Source: an uncultured Frankineae bacterium (GTDB taxonomy: Bacteria; Actinomycetota; Actinomycetes; Mycobacteriales; SCTD01). Taken from it: DNA of 64,000 nucleotides. The notes beneath the pieces are model-generated. The model saw nothing but the letters and a program-made list of their open reading frames with translations. It was not told the DNA's origin and searched no databases. Positions within the stretch are counted from its first letter, which is position 1. The number at the start of each line of letters is the position of its first letter. The position numbers and the translations under genes were made by a program. Below, piece after piece: positions 24,540 through 34,055 of the stretch. The stretch lies in the NCBI GenBank assembly GCA_902805775.1, contig CADCUB010000131.1, positions 972 through 64,971 of the forward strand. The letters run 5' to 3'.

Positions 24540-25295
24540 ATGACTCCCTCGCCCCGCCCTGTCACGGTCGTCACCGGCGGCGGCCGAGGCATCGGCGCGG
24601 CCACCGCGCTGCACCTGGCCGACCTCGGGCACGCGGTCGTGCTCAGCTACCTCGAGGACCGCGCGGCGGCCGAGCAGGTGGTCGCCGCTGTGCGTGCCGC
24701 CGACGGCCACGCCCTGGCCGTGCCGGGTGACGTCGCGGACGCGGACGCCGTCGATGCGCTGTTCGCCGCCGCGGCCGAGGTCGGGGCCGTCACCGGGCTG
24801 GTGAACAACGCAGGACTGACCGCGCACGTCGGTGACCTCGCCGACACCCCGGTCGAGGTGGTCCGCCGGGTGGTCGAGGTCAACCTCCTCGGGGCGCTGC
24901 TGTGCGCCCGGCGCGCAGCCCAGGTCATGTCGACGACCCGCGGCGGACCGGGTGGAGCGATCGTGAACGTCTCCTCGGCCGCGGCCACCCTCGGCTCCGC
25001 GCACGAGTACGTGCACTACGCGGCGGCCAAGGCCGGTGTCGAGGCGCTGACGGTGGGCCTGGCCAAGGAGCTGGCGGGCCAGGGGGTGCGCGTCAACGCG
25101 GTGGCTCCCGGGATGGTGCGCACCGGCATCCACGCCGCCGCCGGTGATGCCGACCGCCTGGAACGGGTCGTGTCGCGGATCCCGATGGGACGCGTCGGGG
25201 AGCCCGGGGAGATCGCACCGGCGATCGCCTGGCTGCTCGGTCCGGCCGCCGGCTACGTGACCGGCGCCAGCATCCGCGTCGCCGGAGGTCTCTGA
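24540..25295 (+). CDS. SDR family oxidoreductase
   Basis: ATG at 24540. It has the cofactor motif TGGGRGIG, NNAG, and the catalytic Y..AAK (YAAAK). Confidence 0.9.
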   Translation: MTPSPRPVTVVTGGGRGIGAATALHLADLGHAVVLSYLEDRAAAEQVVAAVRAADGHALAVPGDVADADAVDALFAAAAEVGAVTGLVNNAGLTAHVGDLADTPVEVVRRVVEVNLLGALLCARRAAQVMSTTRGGPGGAIVNVSSAAATLGSAHEYVHYAAAKAGVEALTVGLAKELAGQGVRVNAVAPGMVRTGIHAAAGDADRLERVVSRIPMGRVGEPGEIAPAIAWLLGPAAGYVTGASIRVAGGL

Positions 25296-25354
25296 CCCGG
25301 CGTCGCGCCGAGGGCGACGTCGACCGACGTGCGCTCCGGTCCTACCGTACGGCC

Positions 25355-25651
25355 ATGAGCCTGACCATCGTCATGGTCGCGGACATCCCGAGTGGAGCCG
25401 AGGCGGGCTTCCAGGCGTACGAGTCCGCCGTCCTCCCGCTGCTCCCCCGTCACGGTGGTCGCCTCGACCGACGCCTGCGCACCGCTGACGCGCTCACCGA
25501 GGTGCACGTCGTGTCCTTCGCGTCCCAGGAGGGCTTCGCGTCCTACCTGGCCGATCCGGAGCGCCAGTCGCACAGGAGGCTCCTGGACGGCCTCGACGTC
25601 TCGCAGCGTGTGCTCCGTGTCGACGACGTGCCGGTGGCAGAGGCTCACTGA
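25355..25651 (+). CDS. DUF1330-like small alpha/beta-barrel protein
   Basis: 98 aa. Its layout resembles the DUF1330/Dabb fold (weak, from memory). Confidence 0.45.
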   Translation: MSLTIVMVADIPSGAEAGFQAYESAVLPLLPRHGGRLDRRLRTADALTEVHVVSFASQEGFASYLADPERQSHRRLLDGLDVSQRVLRVDDVPVAEAH

Positions 25652-25980
25652 CGCGGCTCGGCGATGCTGGCGCGCTTGCGCTGACCGCCGCTCAGGGCGC
25701 TGACGCGCACGTCGGCGACCGCCGTCAGGTCGAGTGCGGCCAGGGCCTCGTCGACCGCGGCGTCGACGGCGCGGCGAGAGGTCGTCGAGGCCAGGCGCAG
25801 CTGCGCGGCGTAGTGCAGGCTCCGGCGGAGCGGCAGCTCGGCGTGGACGGTGTCGTCCTGCGGCACCCAGCCGAGCGAGCTGCGGAGGGCGTGGTCCTCG
25901 GCGAGGACGCGCGAGGACCAACGGAAGCGACCTGAGCCGAGGGTGGGGTGCAGCGGACGGCGGCGTTGCCGCCCACGCAC
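25645..25980 (-). pseudogene. remnant of an ABC transporter ATPase
   Basis: It keeps GWVPQDD..H.ELPLRRSL.YAAQLRL and the signature LSGGQRKRASIA. It lacks Walker A upstream and stops 4 codons after the signature, before Walker B. Confidence 0.6.
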
Positions 25981-25990
25981 GCCGTGCCCG

Positions 25991-26473
25991 TCACGGCAGC
26001 GGCGGGTCGTAGCTGTTGCGCTCCGCCGCGTCGGGTGCGGCCCAGAGCGGCAGGTAGCCCTCGAGGGTCTCCCGGTCGATCCGCACCTGTCCCGCCTCGG
26101 CGTTGCGTCGGGACAGCCGCCGCCAGAGCTCGTCGACGCCGGGGTCGAGCACGTGCAGCTCGACGGCGGCCCCGGCGGCCCGGCCCAGGGCGAGCAGGTC
26201 GTCCCGCTCCGACCTCGACCAGGACCCGAACTCGACGACGACGCGCCCGCCGAGCGCGAGCACGCCCGCCGCCAGCGCGACCAGGCGACGCTCGAGGCGG
26301 TCCCGGAAGCCGGTGTCGAACAGGTCGACGCCCAGGTCGGTCATCCACTCGTCCGGCTCCAGCCGCAGCGCGGCATGACGTGCGGCCAAGGACCGGGCCA
26401 GCGTCGTCTTGCCGGCCCCGGGCAGCCCGACGACGAGGAAGAGGCGGCCAGCGGAGGTGGACAGCCGCCCCAC
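25991..26473 (-). CDS. P-loop kinase-like AAA ATPase
   Basis: 160 aa with Walker A GLPGAGKTTLA. Small nucleotide or antibiotic-kinase-like size. Confidence 0.7.
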   Translation of the reverse strand: MGRLSTSAGRLFLVVGLPGAGKTTLARSLAARHAALRLEPDEWMTDLGVDLFDTGFRDRLERRLVALAAGVLALGGRVVVEFGSWSRSERDDLLALGRAAGAAVELHVLDPGVDELWRRLSRRNAEAGQVRIDRETLEGYLPLWAAPDAAERNSYDPPLP

Positions 26474-26745
26474 CTCCCGTGCCGGCGCAAGCGGCGCTCG
26501 ACCCCCGGAAGGAGGGCTCGCCGTAGACCTGCTAACCGTAGATCGTGCGGAGCGCGTTCAGGCGCTCCACCGGTGACGTGTCGCTCATGGTGCAGCCACG
26601 TGCGCGCTGCGGCGTGCTGTCCGGGAGCGTCTCGCCGACCAGCCACTGCAGGCTCCTGCCGTCGCGCTCCGTCCGCCCTCGGCTCGCCGTGCCTCGCACC
26701 GCCGACCCGGCCCCCGATCCACGGCACGCCCCCAGGCCACTGCTG

Positions 26746-27804
26746 CTAGCGGTAGTCGGCCCAGAGCTGCCTGGTCGTGCCGTCGACGGTGACGTCCCCT
26801 CCGTACGGGAGGATCCACTGCGGCCGGGTGTGGCCGAACGGCACGCCGACGACGACCACGGCATCGGGGTTGTAGCGCTGCACGGTGGCGATCGCCTCGT
26901 CCCGCTGCTCGGCGCGGCGGGCGGCGCGGTCGTCAGGGCTCGGCCGGCTCGAGAAGTCGGACGTCGGTGGCCGCGCCACCAGGACGGCGTCGACGGCCGA
27001 CAGCAGCCCGCGTTCGCCCAGCCCCCGGACGATCCAGCCGAACTCGCGCGCGGGGATCAGCTCCTCGGAGGTCTCCAGCAGCAGGACGCCTCCGTCGAGG
27101 ACGGCCGGGTCGGCCGGGAAGCGGCCGGCTGTCAAGATCCATTGCAGGACCTCGGCGCAGCCTCCCCACGTCGGGCCGGTGACGGACCGCGCAGGCCCGG
27201 CCCAGGTCCACGGCTCGGTGGGTTCCCGGTCGCCGTGCTCGCTCAGGGCCGCAGGGTCGTTCCAGTCCTTGCCGATGTCCTCGGACTCGCCGGGCTCGGT
27301 CAGCTGAACGCGCTCGCCGGTGAGCAGCGCCGCGCGCAGCGAGCGGGCGTGCACCTCGTCGACGGCGGGGCCCGGCCCGAGGTGGACCTGCGTGGAGCCG
27401 CCGTAGAAGCCGGCGACGCCGTGCGTCCACAGCCAGTTCAGCAGGTTGGTGTTGTCGCTGTAGCCGAGGAAGGGCTTCGGGTCGGAGCGCACGAGGTCGG
27501 GGTCCAGGTGCGGCACCACCGTGACCTGGTCCTCGCCCCCGATGGTGGCGAGCACCGCCCGGATCTCAGGGTCGGCGAATGCTGCGTTCAGATCGGCCGC
27601 CCGGTCCCGGGCCGCCGCTCCCAGCCGCCGGGTCGTCGGGTACTCGACCGGCACCAGTCCGGTCAGCTCCTCCAGGCGCTGCATCGCCTGCGCGTGGACG
27701 GCCGGTGCCACCGCGGGCGCGGCGAAGGACGGCGACAGGACCGCCACCTTGTCCCCTGCCGCGGCCTTGCGAGGGCGGACCGGCGAGTGCACGTCTGCAG
27801 TCAA
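26746..27804 (-). CDS. S66 family LD-carboxypeptidase (MccF-like)
   Basis: 352 aa. GYSDNTNL carries the nucleophile Ser, and the C-terminal FGH supplies the His. Confidence 0.8.
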   Translation of the reverse strand: MTADVHSPVRPRKAAAGDKVAVLSPSFAAPAVAPAVHAQAMQRLEELTGLVPVEYPTTRRLGAAARDRAADLNAAFADPEIRAVLATIGGEDQVTVVPHLDPDLVRSDPKPFLGYSDNTNLLNWLWTHGVAGFYGGSTQVHLGPGPAVDEVHARSLRAALLTGERVQLTEPGESEDIGKDWNDPAALSEHGDREPTEPWTWAGPARSVTGPTWGGCAEVLQWILTAGRFPADPAVLDGGVLLLETSEELIPAREFGWIVRGLGERGLLSAVDAVLVARPPTSDFSSRPSPDDRAARRAEQRDEAIATVQRYNPDAVVVVGVPFGHTRPQWILPYGGDVTVDGTTRQLWADYR

Positions 27805-27923
27805 CAGCCACGACCACGAGCCCCACCGGCAGGGGTCGTCAGCCGGTCGGCGGTCCGGACGGTGTCCTCCCGACTCGGGTGGTGTCGGGGCCCGCCGCCG
27901 GAGGACTCCGTAGGGTGCCCGGC

Positions 27924-28310
27924 ATGGGGATGACTGCGACCGGCTGGTTCGACGTCCAGATGCAGCCTGGGCGGCCGGAGCTGGACGGGGCGGTCAGCCG
28001 GTTCGAGCTCACCAAGACCTTCTCCGGCGACCTGGAGGCCGTCGGCGCCGGCGTCATGCTGTCGTCCGGCGACCCGCAGTCGGGCTCGGCCGGGTACGTC
28101 GCCATCGAGACGGTGCGCGGCCGGCTCGGCGACCGCGTCGGCGGCTTCGCGCTGCAGCAGATGGGCTCGATGCGCGCCGGGTCGCAGGCCCTGCACTACG
28201 AGGTGGTCCCGGGGTCCGGTGACGGCGAGCTGCGGGGCATCACCGGCGCCCTCCACCTCACGATCGACGAGGACGGCACGCACCGGTTCGAGCTGCGCTA
28301 CGAGCTCTGA
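27924..28310 (+). CDS. DUF3224 domain protein
   Basis: ATG at 27924. FSGDLEA.G...MLS...GSAGYVA.E.V.G.L.GR.G.F.LQ is typical of this family. Confidence 0.65.
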   Translation: MGMTATGWFDVQMQPGRPELDGAVSRFELTKTFSGDLEAVGAGVMLSSGDPQSGSAGYVAIETVRGRLGDRVGGFALQQMGSMRAGSQALHYEVVPGSGDGELRGITGALHLTIDEDGTHRFELRYEL

Positions 28311-28378
28311 GCCGCGCGCGCGTCGACGGCGAGCGGTGGCGTGTCCCCCGAGCGGGCGGACGCGCCGGCCGGCTCAGC

Positions 28379-28588
28379 TCAGGGCTGCTGGGCGCGCGGG
28401 GCGGGGATCCCCGCCAGCAGCGCCTTGACCTCGGCCTCGCGGTAGCGGCGGTGGCCGCCGAGGGTCCGGATCGAGGTGAGCTTGCCGGACTTGGCCCAGC
28501 GGGTGACCGTCTTGGGGTCCACCCGGAACATGGTGGCGACCTCAGCCGGAGTGAGCAGTGCCTCTGCGTCGGGGATGCGCGTGCTCAT
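28379..28588 (-). CDS. bldC: BldC, small MerR/excisionase-like developmental regulator
   Basis: 69 aa. LLTPAEVATMFRVDPKTVTRWAKSGKLTSIRTLGGHRRYREAEVKALLAGIP is nearly identical to remembered Streptomyces BldC. Confidence 0.9.
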   Translation of the reverse strand: MSTRIPDAEALLTPAEVATMFRVDPKTVTRWAKSGKLTSIRTLGGHRRYREAEVKALLAGIPAPRAQQP

Positions 28589-28726
28589 GGCAGTCGTCCT
28601 CTTCGTCGGTGCGGACCGCTGCCCGCCTCAGTCATGATCTTCTACGATGTCCCGTTGCTCCGGAATGGCCCGTGCGGGCCATCTTGCTCCTAGTCCGCTC
28701 CCGGCGGAAGGCCGAGTCCGGCTGCG

Positions 28727-29602
28727 TCAGTTGGCCGACTCGACGGCCTGCAGGGCCTTCATCCGTGCGCTGACCCGCGCGTAGGCCACACCCGCCGCGG
28801 TGACGTCGCCCTCGTCCAGGGCGCTCAGGGCCGCGCCGACGTCACGGGCCGACTCGTCCTGCGTCAGGGCCGCGTCGTCGAGCAGGTGCACCAGGCCCCC
28901 GTAGTCGAGCTCGACCAGCGACCGGGGGTGGAACTCCTCGAGCCACCGGCCCAGCTCCTCCAGCCCGGCCGCCGCCTCCGGGTCGGAGACGGTGCGCCGC
29001 AGCACGGCGAGCGCGCGGGCCGTACGGCGGCGGGCGCGGGACATCGCCGTGCGGTAGACCAGGCTGCGGCCCGCCCGGCGGTCGACCGAGGTGCCGCCCC
29101 CGCGGGCCTGCTGCCCCAGCCGCACCTGCCGCTCCTCGGCGTCGACGAGGACGAACCAGCGCTGCGGCACGTGCCACCTGCTGGTCAGCTGCCGGCTGCG
29201 GACGTCGGGACGGGCGGCCCGCTCGGCGTCGAGCTCGGCCGCGGAGCGCCGCGCGAGCTCGAGCGGCAGGAACGCCTCGAGCACCTCGTCGGGCAGGTCG
29301 GCGGCGAAGTCCTCGAGCGCGAGCAGGGAGCGCAGGCGGGTCTGCCACGGGCAGACCAGCGTGACCCCGTCGACCTCGGTGACGAAGGCCTGCTCCTGCT
29401 CCTCGGGCCCGTCGGCCGGCGGCATGCCGGCAGGGGGCCGGCCGACCAGCGCACGCAGGGCGGCGGCCCGCTCCCGGGCCACGCCGAGCTCGGGAGCCGG
29501 GGAGCGCCCCGCCGCGACGTAGGCCTCCCAGACGCGGCGCTGCCCGGGCTCGAAGGCGGCCAGGGGCTCGTAGACCCGCAGGAAGGCCGCGTGCGCCGTC
29601 AT
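28727..29602 (-). CDS. conserved hypothetical protein
   Basis: 291 aa with coding-like composition. I recognise no family. Confidence 0.55.
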   Translation of the reverse strand: MTAHAAFLRVYEPLAAFEPGQRRVWEAYVAAGRSPAPELGVARERAAALRALVGRPPAGMPPADGPEEQEQAFVTEVDGVTLVCPWQTRLRSLLALEDFAADLPDEVLEAFLPLELARRSAAELDAERAARPDVRSRQLTSRWHVPQRWFVLVDAEERQVRLGQQARGGGTSVDRRAGRSLVYRTAMSRARRRTARALAVLRRTVSDPEAAAGLEELGRWLEEFHPRSLVELDYGGLVHLLDDAALTQDESARDVGAALSALDEGDVTAAGVAYARVSARMKALQAVESAN

Positions 29603-29731
29603 GCGGCGATGCTCGCACGGCTACCCTCCGGTCGGGGCACACCTCCCCGCAGCACGACGTGGCGCCTCACGAGGGCGCGGCGACGACCGCCTCACCGCCG
29701 AGCCGGGAGGCCGTACGACGAGGAGCGACGC

Positions 29732-30832
29732 GTGAGCGTCTTCGACCGGACCGACCACCTCAAGGACGCCGGGCACGAACAGGTCGTGTTCTGCCAGGAC
29801 CGCGTCAGCGGCCTGCGGGCGATCATCGCCGTCTACTCGACGGCCCTCGGGCCCGCCCTCGGGGGGACCCGCTTCTACCCCTACGCCAGCGAGGCCGACG
29901 CCGTCGAGGACGTGCTGAAGCTGTCCCGTGCGATGGCGTACAAGGCCGCCTGCGCCGGCATCGACCTGGGCGGTGGCAAGGCCGTGATCATCGGTGACCC
30001 GTCCCGCGACAAGTCCGAGGCGCTGCTGCGGGCGTACGGCCGCTTCGTCCAGTCGCTGGGCGGCCGCTACTACACCGCCTGCGACGTCGGCACGTACGTC
30101 AGCGACATGGACGTGATCGCCAAGGAGACCGACTACGCGACCGGGCGCTCGCCGGCGCAGGGCGGTGCGGGCGACAGCGCCGTCCTGACCGCCTTCGGCG
30201 TCTTCCAGGCCATGCGCGCGGCGGCGCAGCACACGTGGGGGACGCCGTCGCTCGAGGGTCGCCGGGTGGCGGTCGAGGGGGTCGGCAAGGTGGGGCACCA
30301 CCTCGTCGAGCACCTGCTTGCCGACGGCGCCTCGGTCCTCGCCTCCGACGTCAGCGCCTCCGCCCTCGAGCGGGTGCGCACGCTCGGACCGGTCGAGACG
30401 ACCGACGTCGACGACCTGCCGTCCCGGGACTGCGACGTCTACGCGCCGTGCGCCCTGGGCGGGTCGGTCAGCGACGAGCTGGTGCCGGCGCTGCAGGCGG
30501 CCGTCGTCTGCGGCGCCGCCAACAACCAGCTCGCCCACCCGGGCCTCGAGAAGGCGCTGGCCGACCGCGGCGTGCTGTTCACCCCGGACTACGTCGCCAA
30601 CGCGGGCGGCCTGGTGCAGGTCGCCGACGAGGCGCAGCACCACCGTTCGGGCGGCTTCCGCTTCGAGCGCGCGCAGGCCAAGGCGGCGCAGATCTTCGGC
30701 ACCACGCTGCGGGTCTTCGAGCTCGCGGACCGCGAGGGCGTGCCGCCCGCGGTGGCCGCCGACCGGCTCGCCGAGCGCCGGATGGCCGACGTCGGCCGCC
30801 TGCGCAGCGTCCTCGTGCCCGGCCGGAGCTGA
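29732..30832 (+). CDS. Val/Leu dehydrogenase (Glu/Leu/Phe/Val dehydrogenase family)
   Basis: The GTG at 29732 follows GAGGAG. It has GGTRFYPY, the catalytic Lys region GGGKAVI and the NAD motif GVGKVG. Confidence 0.85.
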   Translation: MSVFDRTDHLKDAGHEQVVFCQDRVSGLRAIIAVYSTALGPALGGTRFYPYASEADAVEDVLKLSRAMAYKAACAGIDLGGGKAVIIGDPSRDKSEALLRAYGRFVQSLGGRYYTACDVGTYVSDMDVIAKETDYATGRSPAQGGAGDSAVLTAFGVFQAMRAAAQHTWGTPSLEGRRVAVEGVGKVGHHLVEHLLADGASVLASDVSASALERVRTLGPVETTDVDDLPSRDCDVYAPCALGGSVSDELVPALQAAVVCGAANNQLAHPGLEKALADRGVLFTPDYVANAGGLVQVADEAQHHRSGGFRFERAQAKAAQIFGTTLRVFELADREGVPPAVAADRLAERRMADVGRLRSVLVPGRS

Positions 30833-30848
30833 GCGGCGGCTGCTCCGA

Positions 30849-30871
30849 CGCCGTCCAGCGCGTGGACGGCG
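30849..30871 (+). terminator. hairpin downstream of the dehydrogenase gene
   Basis: CGCCGTCCA-gcgcg-TGGACGGCG, a 9-bp perfect stem with no U-tract. Confidence 0.35.
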
Positions 30872-30986
30872 CGTCCAACCTGTAACCTCAAGGTCTGGCA
30901 CGCACCCGCGAACGGCACGGGGAGTGCCGGTCAGAGTTGTTGCCACCCGGGGCCCTGCGGCCCCGCTGTCGCGAAGGGGTCGAGCC

Positions 30987-31184
30987 ATGGGGCGCGGCCG
31001 TGCCAAGGCAAAGCAGACGAAGGTCGCGCGTGAGCTGAAGTACAGCACCGGCAACCTCGACCCCGACCGCCTCCGGGCCGAGCTCGCCGGCTCCCCGGCT
31101 CCGGCCTCCTCGGTGGAGGACGACGACGTCGACCCCTACGCCGGCGACGAGGACGACGACGACGAGGACGCGCCCGCCCGCTAG
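30987..31184 (+). CDS. DUF3073 small protein
   Basis: MGRGRAKAKQTKVARELKY followed by an acidic tail, the typical actinobacterial DUF3073 pattern. Confidence 0.75.
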   Translation: MGRGRAKAKQTKVARELKYSTGNLDPDRLRAELAGSPAPASSVEDDDVDPYAGDEDDDDEDAPAR

Positions 31185-31211
31185 CGAGCCGCTCGAACGA
31201 CGCACGACCTG

Positions 31212-31241
31212 CGAGGGGACGGCCGACCGGCCGTCCCCTCG
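31212..31241. terminator. bidirectional hairpin between the convergent DUF3073 gene and purM
   Basis: CGAGGGGACGGCC-gacc-GGCCGTCCCCTCG, a 13-bp perfect stem. Confidence 0.6.
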
Positions 31242-31324
31242 TCGTGGTGGTCGAGCGGCGCCCCGGCCCTGCCTCCCCGCCCCAGGGCTGCCCGCCCGCG
31301 CGGGTGCAGCCCGCCGTCGCGGGG

Positions 31325-32371
31325 TCAGGCCGGGTGGCGACCGGTCAGGACCACGGTGCCGTCGCCGGGGACCACCTCGCCCGCCACCCAGGCCGGCACG
31401 TGGCGGGCGGTCAGCACCGCGAGCGCGCGGTCGACGTCGCCCGGGGCGACCAGCGCCACCATCCCGACGCCCATGTTGAACGTGCGCTCCATCTCCGGTT
31501 GCTCGACCCGTCCCGTGCGCTGCACGAGGTCGAACACCGGCTGAGGGCGCCAGCTCGCGCGGTCGACCGTCGCCGACAGGTGGCCCGGCAGCACCCGGGC
31601 GAGGTTGGCCGCCAGGCCTCCACCCGTCACGTGGCTGAACCCGTGCGTGTCGGTCTCCGCCACCAGCGACAGGCAGTCCTTGGCGTAGATGCGCGTGGGC
31701 GTGAGCAGCTGCTCGCCGAGCGGCCCGCCCAGCTCGTCGACCACGGCCTCCAGCCGCATGCGGGCGCCGGCGAGCAGGACGTGCCGCACGAGCGAGAAGC
31801 CGTTGCTGTGCAGCCCGCTCGAGCCCATCGCCACGACGGCGTCACCCGCGCGCACCGACTCCGGCCCCAGGACGCTGTCCTGCTCGACGACGCCGACGCC
31901 GGTCGCTGCCAGGTCGTAGTGGTCGGCGGACATGAGCCCCGGGTGCTCGGCGGTCTCGCCCCCCACCAGAGCGCAGCCCGCCTGCTCGCACCCGGCTGCG
32001 ATGCCGCCGACGATCTCGGCGATGCGCTCCGGCACCACCTGCCCGCAGGCGATGTAGTCCTGCAGGAACAGCGGCTCGGCGCCGCACACGACCAGGTCGT
32101 CGACGACCATGCCGACCAGGTCGAGACCGACCGTGTCGTGCTTGTCCAGGGCCTGGGCGATGGCGAGCTTGGTCCCGACGCCGTCGGTGCTGCTCGCGAG
32201 CAGCGGCGTGCGGTAGCGGCTCGTGTCGAGCCGGAACAGCCCGACGAAGCCGCCCAGCCCGCCGACGACCTCCGGGCGCCCCGCCCGGGCGATCCGTCCC
32301 CTCATCAGCTCGACGGCGCGCTCGCCGGCGTCGATGTCGACTCCGGCACCGGCGTACGACCTCCCGCTCAT
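31325..32371 (-). CDS. purM: phosphoribosylformylglycinamidine cyclo-ligase (AIR synthetase)
   Basis: The ATG at 32371 overlaps the purF stop (ATGA). It has YAGAGVDIDAG and DGVGTK. Confidence 0.95.
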   Translation of the reverse strand: MSGRSYAGAGVDIDAGERAVELMRGRIARAGRPEVVGGLGGFVGLFRLDTSRYRTPLLASSTDGVGTKLAIAQALDKHDTVGLDLVGMVVDDLVVCGAEPLFLQDYIACGQVVPERIAEIVGGIAAGCEQAGCALVGGETAEHPGLMSADHYDLAATGVGVVEQDSVLGPESVRAGDAVVAMGSSGLHSNGFSLVRHVLLAGARMRLEAVVDELGGPLGEQLLTPTRIYAKDCLSLVAETDTHGFSHVTGGGLAANLARVLPGHLSATVDRASWRPQPVFDLVQRTGRVEQPEMERTFNMGVGMVALVAPGDVDRALAVLTARHVPAWVAGEVVPGDGTVVLTGRHPA

Positions 32372-33930
32372 GGGCGTGCCAGCTCCGAGCCGAGGGCCGC
32401 GTCCATGCGGTCGACGGAGGCCAGGCCGTTGTGGACGACGACCTGCCCGGCACCGACGTGGTCGTGGTCGGCGGAGTGCCCGGCCAGCTGCGACTGCAGC
32501 ACCTGCGGACCGGCCAGCTCGCGCTGCGGCAGCGGGATCGGGTAGGTGCCGTCGAAGCAGGCCCGGCACAGCCGTTCGGCCGGCTGGGCGCTGGCCGCGG
32601 TGAGCCCCTCCAGGGACACGAAGGCGAGCGAGTCGGCGCCGATGGACGCACGGACCTCCTCCACCCCCCTGCCGGAGGCGATGAGCTCGGCCCGGCTGGC
32701 GAAGTCGACGCCGTAGAAGCAGGGCCACCGCACCGGAGGGCTGGAGATGCGCACGTGCACCTCGGCCGCCCCGGCCTCGCGCAGCATCCGCACGAGCGCC
32801 CGCTGGGTGTTGCCGCGCACGATGGAGTCGTCGACCACGACCAGGCGCTTGCCGCTGATGACCTCGCGCAGGGGGTTGAGCTTGAGGCGGATGCCGAGCT
32901 GGCGGATCGTCTGGGACGGCTGGATGAAGGTGCGGCCCACGTAGGCGTTCTTCACCAGCCCCTGGGCGTACGGGATGCCGCTCTGCTCGGCGAAGCCGAT
33001 CGCCGCGGGAGTGCCCGACTCGGGCACCGGGATCACGAGGTCGGCCTCGGCCGGCGCCTCGACCGCGAGCGTGCGCCCGGTCTGCACCCGGGCCGAGTTG
33101 ACCGAACGACCGGCGATGGTCGTGTCCGGACGCGCGAGGTAGACGTACTCGAACAGGCACCCCTTGGGGGTCGGCGGGGCGTAGCGCTCGCTGCGCACCC
33201 CGTCCTCGTCGATCGCCAGCAGCTCACCGGGCTCCACCTCGCGCACGAAGGCGGCACCCACGATGTCGAGGGCCGCCGTCTCGCTGGCCACGACCCAACC
33301 CCGGTCGAGCCGTCCGAGCACCAGGGGGCGCACGCCGTGCGGGTCACGGGCGGCGTAGAGGGTCCGCTCGTCCATGAAGGTGAGGCAGAACGCGCCGCGC
33401 AGCGTGGGCAGCACCTCGCGCGCCGCCTCCCAGGGGGTCAGGTCGCTGCGGGCCGCGAGCAGGGTCATGATCAGGTCGGAGTCGGTGGTCGAGCCCATCG
33501 CGCCCGAGAGCGGGTCGAGGGTGGCGGCACGGGCGCTGAGCTCGCCGGTGTTGGTGAGGTTGCCGTTGTGGCCCAGCGCCAGGCTGCCCCCGCCCGCGAG
33601 GGTCCGGAACGACGGCTGCGCGTTCTCCCACGTGCCGGACCCCGTCGTGGAGTAGCGGGTGTGGCCGATCGCGAGCGAGCCCGACATGCTCGACAGCGAG
33701 CGCTCGTCGAAGACCTGCGCCACCAGGCCGAGGTCCTTGTAGACCAGCACGGTGACGCCGTCCGAGACGGCCATGCCCGCCGCCTCCTGACCGCGGTGCT
33801 GCAGCGCGTAGAGCCCGTAGTAGGTCAGCTTGGCGACGTCCTCGCCGGGCGCCCAGACGCCGAAGACCCCGCACTCCTCGCCGACCGGGGGGTCCGGCAG
33901 GAGCGGATCGGGCGCGTCTGGGGCAGGCAC
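32368..33930 (-). CDS. purF: amidophosphoribosyltransferase
   Basis: The GTG at 33930 follows GAGGAG. It has a propeptide followed by the catalytic CGVFGV, and the PRPP loop VVVDDSIVRGNT. Confidence 0.95.
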   Translation of the reverse strand: MPAPDAPDPLLPDPPVGEECGVFGVWAPGEDVAKLTYYGLYALQHRGQEAAGMAVSDGVTVLVYKDLGLVAQVFDERSLSSMSGSLAIGHTRYSTTGSGTWENAQPSFRTLAGGGSLALGHNGNLTNTGELSARAATLDPLSGAMGSTTDSDLIMTLLAARSDLTPWEAAREVLPTLRGAFCLTFMDERTLYAARDPHGVRPLVLGRLDRGWVVASETAALDIVGAAFVREVEPGELLAIDEDGVRSERYAPPTPKGCLFEYVYLARPDTTIAGRSVNSARVQTGRTLAVEAPAEADLVIPVPESGTPAAIGFAEQSGIPYAQGLVKNAYVGRTFIQPSQTIRQLGIRLKLNPLREVISGKRLVVVDDSIVRGNTQRALVRMLREAGAAEVHVRISSPPVRWPCFYGVDFASRAELIASGRGVEEVRASIGADSLAFVSLEGLTAASAQPAERLCRACFDGTYPIPLPQRELAGPQVLQSQLAGHSADHDHVGAGQVVVHNGLASVDRMDAALGSELARP

Positions 33931-34055
33931 GCGGGAGGCTCCTCGAGGGGCGGGTGGCGGTGCGCCGGTCCCGTCGAGTGTAGGCAGGCCGTCCGGCGCT
34001 GCGGTGTCCCCCTCCGGTGTCCGAGCAGCGGCCGGCGGCGCGGTAGGAAGAGCGC

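Noticed and set aside
26532-26588. An 18-codon ORF (MSDTSPVERLNALRTIYG) in the gap between the LD-carboxypeptidase and P-loop kinase genes.
   Set aside because: It has no ribosome-binding site, is too short to evaluate and matches no recognisable motif.
20198-28378. A possible integrated mobile element or genomic island at tRNA-Phe.
   Set aside because: I saw no integrase, recombinase, transposase, conjugation or phage genes, and no repeat of the tRNA-Phe 3' end. I therefore report it only as a variable or accessory-looking block, not as a mobile element.
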